A DNA stretch of 63,027 bases, the filler included, from Craspedostauros australis (taxonomy: Eukaryota): the NCBI GenBank assembly GCA_030167865.1. It is 10 parts of 10 records of this genome, joined end to end, with 100 filler letters (N's around TTAATTAATTAA, not from the genome) between each part and the next. Parts side by side here need not be neighbours in the genome. Positions count along the whole stretch, not along the records: positions 1 to 29,235 come from JALAGF010003540.1; 9 more parts are not named here. The stretch is one strand, 5' to 3'. Every line of letters begins with the position of its first letter. Position 1 is the first letter of the stretch. Positions 11,501-23,300 of this stretch are shown here, one piece after another. Both the position numbers and the translations under genes were made by a program. Under the pieces are notes generated by a model. The model was not told where the DNA came from and did not search any database. It saw only the letters and a program-made list of their open reading frames with translations.

Positions 11501-14500
11501 TGCAGAGACGAAGAACAGTCGAATTGAATGGAATGGAATCGAGGAGGGGAGAAGAACGTGGAATGGAAGGCACTGCTTCCGCAAGCAGCGGGATTGACTG
11601 GAAGAAGGGAAGCGAACAAGAAGGTGATTGAAGCAAAGCAATGCGAAGCAATGCCAAACGCACGATACGAATGCGATCCCGTGGATGGCACAATCGTATT
11701 GAAAGGACGTAAACAGGCAGCAGCGCGAAGCTGAGAACAGCCGCAACCACAAAAGAGAGCGAAGGGACAAATGCGAAACGATTCTCACAACACGACGCGG
11801 GCCTTGCTGTCTTGCATCGACGCGCATCGATTCCAAATCGGAGGTCTAATATCTCCAAAGAGACTGCAGTGTTCGCAGAAAATCGCCACCGGCTTTGTCT
11901 TCGTCGCTGACGGGACATCGTTTCTACTGCACTGTGCAACATGTGGACGTGGCGCTACGTTGTCGACTTGTAACATTGTACAACTCGTGTGCGTTCTTGG
12001 TGTTTGCACAAATTGAGCTTGGTGAATTATTCGGCACATGCGAATGGTTGCCTCCCCCATGCGCACGAGTACACGTGTTGTGGAGACGACGTCCACGTCG
12101 ACGCACGATGTCGCTCTGACTCGTTTCCAAGGGGGCAGAGAGGAGCATCCCTCCGAGAGAAGAAAGCGGTTGATGATGGATTGCGCATCATGTCATACTG
12201 TTCAATGCACACGAAGAGGGTTTCGATGATTTGCATGTCTCGCACACCACATCATACACTTGTACACGCGCACATAGTCGTCCACATTCATCCGAGCCAC
12301 GGAGGGGAGGCTAACGTACGACTATCCTACCCCGACATCCACACCGCATCCGGTACAAATACGAACCGAGTACCCACTCTTCCACACAATACCAATAGTA
12401 TTATTCCAGAACACAGCGCAATGACGCTCCACCTTGCTGAATCGTCACGCGTTCCTTGCAGGCCAGCCGTATTCTACCCACGGAATCGATGATCCCCTGT
12501 TGCATTTGTCATGGCAGGCGGAGCTATGTGATGTTGCTGAGACGCAAACATGTGGTGGCGCATCGATTTCACGTTTCCCAGTATGAATTCCTCTCTGTGG
12601 TTCATACCTTTTAGACAATACTCTGTCCACCGCCATGCCTCCATCTTTAGTCCATCCACATGGAGCAGTTTGGCAGTGACCTTCACTCTATCCCGGCCCC
12701 TCCGAAACGTCCCAAACAAGTCCGCAGAAACCTCCTCATCCGCGTGTCCATGTTTCCATCCCCCAGAACCAGTCGACCTCTGACGGTGCTTTGATGCCTG
12801 TGGTGCGGGGTACCATTCACCATTGTTTCTCTTCCCTTGCACCGCCAGAGCCCCCTCCGAGCTATTTTACGATCGACAACAGGTCGTATGCCACCCGCAG
12901 GAGCCAAAAAGGCACCGCAACAGTTCCAAATGTCCCATGATCATCACAGATACCTTCTCCCCCGTTCCTCAGCCTCATGGTTTCTCTCCTTGATTTGTTC
13001 GCCCGAACGCTGGAGGATACGGTCGACATCAACAGATCCCAGCGGTCTCCTGGAGAGAGCGTCTGCTCCAGGATCATAGCAGAGGGGCGAACCATCAACA
13101 ACAACCGTGTTCACATCGCAGGACCGACGCCATAGCTCGCACCTGCCCAAGCTTGGCTGAGCTTGCCTGTGTGGTTGCTGTGTGTCGTTGCATCTTTCCA
13201 AGAAGAGCGGCGTCTGGATGCCGAGATGCTGAGGCGGCCTCACCCAACCAACCACTCCAAACGATGACATTTCTGCTTTTTACATGTGAGAAGAGGCGTC
13301 CCACCTTTTGCATCCATGGCTGTTGGCTGCCTTGCGGTCCACGCATCTGCTCTCCCCGCAACAGTCGCCACGACCACCTCGCTTCCGATAACGAGATGTC
13401 TTGACACCTTCAACATTCCCTCGGCGTCGGTGCAACCTTCAACTTCGTTGTTCCAATCCTCAGCGACTTTTCGTTGTTGTCATTTCTGGGTTCGGATTTG
13501 TGATGGCGAAGTTGACGACCTGTTCCCAATCAATGGCGAAGTTGTTCTGCGCATGCAAATTCCCCACTGACATTTATGGAAAACATGGAAAGAAGGTCAT
13601 GAGCAAACCTGTTGGGATGGCGACAAATCCGAACTCACAAATCATCAGCCCGACAAGCCAAACCGCGTTTTCTCAAGGGCGCGCAAACGATGACAAACAA
13701 CACGCCGTTCATCGTTTCCTGGGCGTGATGTCTCCTCCACCTCGCCCCTTGTGGGCTGCAATTCTTCTCCATCATCCCTAACAGAGGAAGCGCAAAAGGG
13801 ACAATCCTGTATTGGAGGACTATCGTGGGTCTTCAGCGCCACACGATTGCGGCCTTCGTTTGCCCGTTTCCGATTTCCGTTTCGCTGCTTCTCGGTCTGA
13901 TACTTTCATCTATGGAGCCCCTTGCGCAAGTCGTGAGGCTTCGCACGTCGTCAACAGCCAGCCCTTCGAAGCGAAAACCTCATGCAGCATCGGTTCCGCG
14001 CGAGTGTCCTTGTCGGTTCGGCCGTGCGTCAGAGTTACGATTCCGGGCAGGTTCTTCCTTCTCCGACGCCTCTCAGGTTCGTCCATGAGGAGGTCCTTTG
14101 TCCTTTGGGGGCCAGTCCATCACTACTGTTTGCGCCATACCATACGACTACACTCCTACCATACGAAAAGCTCACATTCGGATGCCGTGGACCGGCATCG
14201 CTTTGATCCAAGAGGCACAACTTGCATCGAAGCACCATCACTGGCCAAACACGGATTCACACACTCGCACATCCCCCGACATCTCGGCGGAGGTGGCGGT
14301 TGCGTTTCAATCGAAAACTCCTCGCACCGTGGCCATGCCCAGTACCACCTGCAAGAAAGACGCCAACCTTCCAAAAACCATCCACATCACTGGCAGACGC
14401 GACAGAGGATGCGAGGTGACAATTCTCAGGCCCCATAATCCCGTTTCCCCTTTGATTTCGAACGCCAGGCCACTATCATTCCATCAAGGCCAGGACATCA

Positions 14501-15027
14501 AGACACTCCCCACTCCGTATCATTTCATCGCGCACATCAAGTTTGTGAAGCCGCACATCCTCAACCTCCCCAACGTCTGCGTCCTCAACCTCCCCTGTGC
14601 GCATGATTCACAAACAAGGCATCACAGGAACGCCCGACGGCATACCAATAGGTCGTGCTCCGTTCCCAAAAAGACGCCGCTTGCCAACGATTGATACCAA
14701 CAGACTGCACAGTGTTCCTACCCAAGATTGCACCGCAAACCGCGGCAACAACCATCAACGAACTTCCGTGCGCTGAAGCCCGTCGTGGACAAGGAAAACC
14801 AGAACGAGAATACAAGAAGAGGAAACGGCTCATACTATTAAGTTTGCGAAAGCAGAACCACCGTTGTCATCATCGCCACCGCCATACCGATCGTCTCTAT
14901 ACCACACAACACACCACCATATCACACCACACCACCGGATTCAGCTGAGACGAAGAAGAACAAAGAGCAGAGCGATACAGTGCGCCAACTTCATACGTTC
15001 GAACGCAACCAAGCGAAAGAGCAAGAG

Positions 15028-18000
15028 ATGCCATTGTCCCCATCAGCCTCCTCTGTGACTGATTCCAACTCAACAGCAGGCACAGAGGACAACGGCCGCC
15101 GCAAGCAAGCTCCATCCAAGATCGACGTCGGCACTCACTCAGCTGCAGACAGCCGCGGCTCAGCCAGACCCAAACCATCCACCATGACAGCCCAGCAACA
15201 GACACGCCCGCGACGCGACAACGCGCGCGAGACCATGCCATCGTCGGACGCGCAGGCATGTGACGACAAACAGTACGATGCAAGCTACTACCACGGGTCT
15301 ATGGAGAAATCCAGATTCTGGATGTTCATCGTCCTATTTGCACTTGGCTTGATCTGCGCAGCCATCACCCTCTTGCTCAATGTCGCCGCCGACGATGACA
15401 GCGATGATAGCCGAGATGCGGCCAACGAACAGGTAAGTCGGTCGATGGAATCTTTCTTTGTTCATACCATGCACACGCACGCACACACACACGCACATAC
15501 ATGTACACATGCATGCACACGCACAACTCGTCCATACGTGCTTGTTCCGTGTTCGGAGATGACCGGTATCAAGACCGATGACCTTGTGCTCTGTCCCAAT
15601 GCGACCCCATGACCATTGCCCGTTCGCCATTCTCAGAACCCGAGGCAGCGAACCCTTCACATCACCCTTGCACCTCCCAAGTGTATCCATAGCTCTTGTG
15701 CCTGATGCTCGCACACTCACTCACGTACTCATGCACTCACGTAATGCCCACATCCTCCCCACGATCCAATCATCACGCACATGCCTCCACAATCGATCGA
15801 ACCAATCGATCGGAATCAGGCCAACGCATTGTTAGTGGAAATCGCCACGATCGCAATCGATCGCTCTGATGCTTTGCGCACGTCACTTGTGGCGGCGGCA
15901 ACCACCATCCTCTCGGTTGCCAAGATCGGCGCCGACGACACGCCCCAAGACGATACGCCCTACTTCACTGTTCCATTCTACGAGGGTCTGGTTGGGGGCA
16001 TGGTGCAATCGAACCATCTCAGGTCAATCATCTTTGCTCCTACCATCACAGGCGAGACCTCCAACACGGCCTCTGATTGGACGGGCTACTCAAGTGCCAA
16101 CTTTGATCAATGGGCATCGCAGAGCGCCGCCCTCCTGGATCTGCCGTATGCATCCGATGACGTGACCATCGCACCGAGCATTTACGATCTCGCATCGGGT
16201 GATGGGACGGCGGACGTGGCATCATGGAAACCGCCGCACGTGCCCGTGTGGCAGATGTCCCCGCTTCTGCTGCCAGCCTCGTCCGCTGGTGACGCAGCCA
16301 CGAACCTCCCTCTGATCAACGGGAATCTCCAATCCTACCCTTCCTTCAAAGAGGCGCACGACGCAGCGCACGCGAGCAATCAATTCATGACCTCCAAGTC
16401 AGTGCCACAACCAAGCGCAAATGCCGGCGATGCGATCTACGATGCCTTGATCAGCAGCACATCCTCCGCAAGCTCCGACGATGGCCCATACGCGTTCATC
16501 GTCCAACCGGTGTTGAAGCGTCAGGTTGGCGTGATGCAAGACGCATCCGCGATGACGTCCACCGACACGGTCGGTACGCTGGTCGGCGTGCTCCTGTGGA
16601 AGGACATCTTTCAGAACATGTTCCACGAAGACACCGTCAACGGCGAAGTGGCCATCATCCTGAGCAACACTTGCGATCAAGACTTCATCTACAGAGTATC
16701 CCGCGATGCATCAGTCTTCGTGGGAACGGATCAATCGTCTTTGGGCGGTGCGTTCAGCATGGACAGCCAGCATGCCATTCAGCGACCGTTGCTGGAATCC
16801 ACGCTGTCGGCGTCGGCGGCTGCAGGAATCTGCTCGTACGCATTGAAAGTATACCCATCGAAGGATCTGCTGGACTCGGACGATGATTCGATCGAGGGAT
16901 GGCAGATCTCGGCCTCTATCCTGGCTGCGCTTGGAGGGATCGCCATCATCTTCCTCCTGTGCGACATCAGAGCGCATCGTCAGAGATGTGATGAGCGTAA
17001 GCGATATCTGGAGAGGAAGCAAGCCGCACATGCGTCGCAGGATGGTGATGAGAAGCACAGCAATACCACTCACACCGACAGTGGTGGCGCGATTACTTCG
17101 GACGGCAGGGTGATCACCGCCAACACCACCACGGATGCTGCGAGCACCGACAACGAATCGATCGCTCATCAAAGCACAGGCACGGCAAGGCGCGGCAATC
17201 ACGCAGAGATGACACCAAGCATGCTCGAGAAGAAGAGGAAGCAGCAACGTTCCGATGATCACGAACGAAGCCCGGGCTTTGCCTTCAACCGCCTATCCAG
17301 CGAAGATACGCTGGACTGCAGCTACCACAACATCGGCGAAGATGCTGCCATGCCAGCATGGGTCCAATCTCCAAGACAAACCGTTCCGATTGACGAATCG
17401 GAGGTGTCCGACACGGATTTCGCACTCCCAAAGTTTGGAGACTCCAAGCCTGTTGCCGACCTCTTTCCGCACACCACCGTGATGTTTGCCGACATCTCAG
17501 GCTTCACAGCATGGAGCTCCGTCCGAGAACCATCGCAGGTGTTTACGCTGTTGGAGACTGTGTACCGTGGCTTTGACCGCTACGCGCAGCGATGGAGTGT
17601 ATTCAAGGTGGAGGTAAGGATGACTTCGACGACTTTGCTTGCTTGCTTGCTCAATGGTTGGTTGGTTGAGACTTGTGCGGAGCGACTCAGTGCGATGAAG
17701 AACGCGGATGTTCCATTTGGTTGAATCAATCTCAATCTCATCACGGATGCTGGAATACTCACACGTCCACCATTGCGACTGTTGCTGCTGCTACTGCTCT
17801 CATCATTGATGGTCGCCGCCACGATGCACAACCACAACACATACGGCATACTCACAATATCAATATCGACATCACCGCACATCGACATCACCGCACATCG
17901 ACATCACCGCACATCGACATCACCGCACGCCGAACAACAACAACAACAACATTGATATTGACGATAACAACAACAGACTGTTGGGGACTGCTATGTTGCC

Positions 18001-20040
18001 GTGTCGGGACTCCCAGAACCAAACAAGGATCATGCTATCATCATGTGCCAATTCGCTCGCGATTGTGTCACGCTCTTCAAACACCTCGTTTCACGGTTGG
18101 AGGTGCTGCTGGGACCGGATACCGGTGATTTGGGCATCCGCGTTGGCCTTCACTCAGGACCAGTCACAGCGGGAGTTCTACGAGGTGACAAGTCACGCTT
18201 TCAGTTGTTCGGCGACACCGTCAACACCGCCGCTCGTATCGAGACGACAGGCAGCCGAAACCGCATCCACATCTCCCATGATACTGCCGGGCTGCTGCAT
18301 GCCGACGGCAAGTCTGACTGGGTGCGCAAGCGCACAGACACCATCATCGCAAAGGGAAAGGGTGAGCTGCAAACATTCTGGCTTCTCACGGATGCCGAGC
18401 TCAGCCAACCATGTGCGCTTCCCAGCGACGCTAACGGAACAGCCCTCACGGCTGCTCCGCTGCCTGTAGTCAAGGCCATGCAACCTCGTGTGGCAAAGAG
18501 CGCTGCAGTCAACACGGAAGATGCAGCCACCGCGCTGCCTCCGAAGCTCCGACGATTGGTCGATTGGAATGTGGACGTGCTGAAGCGCCTGCTGCAAAAG
18601 ATCGCGGCCAAGCGCATTGCTAGAGGCGACACAGGGTCAATGAGCAACCTGGAGCAATCCGACCTCGCCTCGTTGGAGGGTGACATCCTCCTAAACAACT
18701 ACGTTCTGGACGAGGTGCAGGAGATCATTACGTTGCCCAAGTTCGATCAGAAGGCAAAATACGAAGGCAACACGAACAAGATCCAGCTACCGGAAGAGGT
18801 GAAGGATCAGCTGCGGCTGTATGTATCATCGATCGCCGCAATGCACCGAGGCAACGTGAGTTCACCGGCCTGCCGAGTCGAGCACCAGCAGTGTTGCGTG
18901 CGAGTATGTGTGCTGATGTCTGCTGTTGTCTTCTGTTCTGTTCTGTTCTGGTCTGTTTGTTGATTTCCATGACAGCATCGCTGCTCTCGTTCTTACATGC
19001 CACTCACCAGACGATGATTGTTGTTGTCTCTTGCATCGCCAAATGTTATGATCGTGGCGTCCATTCTAACCCTTCTCCTCACGTGTCGCGCTCAACGCGA
19101 GATCAACCCACACACATCCAAAACACGCACCCAACACACCATGTACTCGTACCATCCATATGTACAACTGTGTTCACAGCCCTTCCATAACTTCGAGCAT
19201 GCATCTCACGTCATGATGTCCGTGAGCAAGTTGCTCAGCCGCATCATCGCGCCCACCGAGGTCAAGGATCAGGAGGAATCGGCGCTTCATGATCACACGT
19301 ACGGCATCACATCCGACCCGTTGACTCAGTTCGCGGTGGTCCTGGCTGCTTTGGTTCATGATGTGGACCACAGCGGCGTCTCAAATTTCCAGCTCATTAA
19401 GGAAGATAGCAAGATCGCCAGCGTTTTCAAGAACAAGTCCGTGGCGGAGCAAAACTCCATCGTGCTGGCATGGGAGCGACTGATGGAGCCACGGTTCCTG
19501 ACTCTGAGACGATACATCTACACAGACCCATCCGACGTCGTGCGCTTCCGTGCCTTGATGGTCAACACCGTCCTCGCGACAGACATCTTCGATCAAGAAT
19601 TGCAAACCCTGCGCAAGACCCGGTGGGAGAAGGCATTCCATTCCTCCGCCAGCATGTCCGGCTCGGAATCTGAGAGCGACGAACGCAACCGTAAGGCGAC
19701 CATCGTCATCGAGCACTTGATCCAGGCCTCGGACGTGGCGCACACAATGCAGCATTGGCACGTGTACCAGAAGTGGAACGAGCGGCTGTTCCAAGAAATG
19801 ACCGTGGCGTACCAAAGCGGCAGAATGAGCAAGGATCCTGCTGTGGGTTGGTACCAGGGGGAGCTGGGTTTCTTCGACAACTACATCATCCCGCTGACGA
19901 AGAAGCTGAAGGAATGCGGAGTGTTTGGCGTGAGTTCGGACGAGTATCTCAATTACGCCTTGGAGAATCGACGGGAGTGGGCCGTCAAGGGGGAAGAGAT
20001 CGTGACCACGATGATCAAGAGGTATCAGATTGTAGAATGA
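15028..20040 (+). CDS. Second receptor-type guanylate cyclase/phosphodiesterase fusion. Exons 15028-15432, 15820-17613, 17977-18855, 19180-20040
   Basis: Three in-frame GT-AG introns rebuild FKVE|TVGDCY and HRGN|PFHNFEHASHV. Cyclase motifs VMFADISGFTAWS and RFQLFGDTVNTAARIE; PDE motifs HDVDH, ATDIFD and IQASDVAHTMQHW. Two TM segments flank a PVWQMSP domain. Confidence 0.93.
17864..17950 (+). repeat. Intronic tandem repeat: ~4 x 16-bp ATCGACATCACCGCAC followed by (CAA)n
   Basis: Read directly in intron 2 of the second GC/PDE gene. Confidence 0.85.
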
Positions 20041-20327
20041 TCGATGGTTGGCGGTTGACGACTGGCGCGAGAGCGGGCAAGGCAAAACTGCTGGGGAGAT
20101 TTGAGATATTGGGATTCAACCCGCCACCTCCATCCTATGGATCGGACAAAGTACAATGTCGTCAACGGGGAGAAGACGGTGTTCACATGGTCGAGGCGGA
20201 GCATAACATACGTCGCGTACGACTAAGCCTGTGTGGAACACTATTTACTCGTATCAATGCGTATAATGCAATACATATGCGTCATACCTCAAGATGGTGT
20301 TGCCAGAACTATGAGTATGTATTATAT

Positions 20328-23300
20328 CCACGGAGAATTTTCGTCGCGATAATGGAAACAATTTGCACCAGGACGCGAATTTTGGCTCTTTTCCGGAACG
20401 GTCGCATCAGGACGCAAATTCTGATTTTGTGTGGAGATTTAACACGACAATAAAACAGTCCTGACTTCTTCGACTGCTTGGTGTATTTTCTGGTCGCATT
20501 TCAGAGCTCTCGTCCGCCCATACGACATGCCTCCCCCAATACCTAGACCTTCCTCCTTCCTTCTCCCCTGCAATGATGTTCTCTTGCGGCACCATTTCAT
20601 TCCAGTCGCACCTCATCGACATCGTGCTCATGTGGGTTCCATGCTTGTGCTTGGTGGCAATGTCTACTATGTTATACATGCTCCTTCGCGCAGACTGTTG
20701 TATCGTATCTCAGCAGCAGGTTCTTTGCATCCTTCCATCTCACCTATCCACCTGTGTGTTAGTGGTGGCTTGCTTCATAACTTTGCTCTTTGGCCATGGC
20801 CCTCCTCACAGTCCTTTGCTTTGCACGCGGCGCGTGTTCGTCCTCGACTTACCCATTCGGGAGAAGGTGTCGGCGATCGACGTCGTTTCTTCCCCTCCTT
20901 CCGGTGCGTCGTAGTTCTTCTTGGACTTCGTCTTGGAGGTGTTGGCATGGCGTTTTCTGTTGGTTGTGGCGGGGCTACTGCTTCTGCCTGTTGTGAATCA
21001 GCCCCCTCCTTCTGCTTCTTCTTTGGATTGTTCTTGTTCCATTGCACATACGTCTCCTCCGTTTTTGGCACCCACGAACGGTCTTTGCTGTGCAGCATCC
21101 AGTAGCATGTGTTGGATGCCACTGCTACTTCTTTGTTCATGGCGATGTTCCTCATCGTTGCTATGTGATGGATGCAACACCCCTTCTCCCATCTAACATG
21201 ATTGGCTGTAGGTGCGACACAGGCAAAGAGATGGCAGCACATGCATAACCAGCGAGTAAAAACTCCGCAAACCACGCACGGTTGCCTCAGATTGAGGCAA
21301 TGGATCGGTTCATGATTGCCTGGCTGCAGCCTCTCATCGAGCGCATCTGCTGCCACTGATGGGGTATGTTCCACACTGGCAAGAAGTTTCCACACGTCCT
21401 TGTGCTTCTTCACCTCTTGGTTGTTCGTGCGCCTTCCATCGGCCACAATGAGTGGATCGGCGGTACTTTTTGGCTTTGCTGGTGCTGCCAACGCCTTTCT
21501 CCGCTGTGTGCTCAATTCCTTGTCCGTGGTCTTTCCCGTTTCCTCCATCACGATGTCACCCATCACATCCCTTGGGATCTCCAAGGACTGAGCGACCGAT
21601 TGGTGCTTGTTCAGCATCTTCCTGTAGTGGTGAATAGTTGGTATTCTGTCCAGATCTGTGTTTGTATGAATGTCAGGTGTGCAGCAGTAATGCATGAGTT
21701 TGTGCATGAACAACATCACAACTTCCAGAATTTGTATCACCGCTTTGCATTGGAATGTTGGGAAGGGAGGAAGCACTTCATGTTGTCGGATCATTCGCGT
21801 TATAACATCCGATCCCCCTTTGAAGGCGTTCCATCGCGATATTATGGCAGGGACGAACGTATGCACTCTTGGAACTGGGATAGGCAGTTGTTGGCATGCC
21901 TTCCAGATCAACAACTGATGGAACACATCATCCTTCGTCAGTGCTGCGATGTGGTGACCACCTGAAGACTGTTTTCCGCCCGATCTCTTCGAAAGTAGAT
22001 ACTTCTCAAGCATGGCTCCAGACGATGTTGAAATTGGATCGGTATCAATGTTGGTGTACGCGAAATCCAAAGTGAAGCGATACAGGTTGTCAAGAACCAT
22101 TCCATAAGACAACACCAATGAAGCTGAGAACCTTGTGGACATGGATCTTAGAATGTTGCCAGTTGAATCACCTACCGACAGAACAAGTGCACAAATGGTG
22201 GTGACAGCAGCAATGAAGGAACAGAAACGTTAGTGATCACATCATGTTGGGCCTGCCGTTTTGCAATGCGTGCTGTCAGCGACACATACATGCCAGCCTC
22301 AGGAAACAACTTACCAACGACAATCATCGCGCCTGGCACTCCAAAGACAAATGAATGATGCAGTAGTTGCACCATTTCCCACTCCTGCCAAAATTGCGCG
22401 CGCCACACATTGTCCTGCAAGTTTCGGAACACATGAGCATCCTCGTCAATCCTGGTGGTCCTGCTTGCTTGGCGAAGATGTGTCTTCTCCAACTCCTCTG
22501 TTTTGGTTGTCGCTCGAGTCTTCATCTCGACAACGAAGACTTTGTCAGTGTCATCGTTGTCAGGGTCTCCCACAATCGCCAGAAAATCTACGGATGCTCG
22601 AGCGTAGGGAACAGTTTTCTTTGCGACGAGACCAGCACGGTACCCTGCTTTGATACGATTTCCAGAGCTTCCCACTCTGACACACTCCATGGCCTTCTTC
22701 ATCAGTGGGATTTCACATGTATGGCCCAACTTTGCATTCTTCGCGGCCTTCCCCTTCAATCCTTTCATGAACCATGTTTGTAGCATTGTTGTTGTAAGCC
22801 TATGCTTCAATGATGCCATCCATGGCGTATCATTATCTTCCTCATCAGCAGATGACATCTCCAGCTCCCTTGCCATATCTTTGAGGGTTAATGCCACCAT
22901 TCTATCAAGCAGAGTGGTCCTTGTATCCTGGGACAAGTTGGCCTTTGGTAGTCGTTCCTTCACTTGCTTCTTCAGGGACGCGTCAGCGAGAGCAACAAAG
23001 CGCCGCCGGACTTTATCGTGCTGTGCCAGAATTCGATGCAGCATGGCATAGTTTGTTCTTCAACTGCGATGGACTTTGCTCATGTAGAAGAGCTGCATAA
23101 GGGCAGCTGGATTGGAGTCTGACATGATGTTGGTGTTGTTGTCACCAGTTTCGAGCCGAGCTTCCAACCCAGTCGAATCGTGGCTTGGATTCATCAGCCG
23201 TTGGTATGTGGTAAATGCCTTCAGCCTTGTCCTTTCGATGCTTAAGTGCTTGGTGTATGTCTGGGCCTTTCCAGCAACATCAAACCCCAAGTAGGTGCCA

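Noticed and set aside
6193..11836. ORFs 6193-6993(+), 7157-7792(+) and 10847-11836(-)
   Set aside because: Antisense to the kinase and hydroxylase genes.
11600..14950. Many short ORFs in the long intergenic stretch (likewise 4200-6300 and 57728-59500)
   Set aside because: No recognisable motifs, splice-consistent structure or terminal repeats found by eye.
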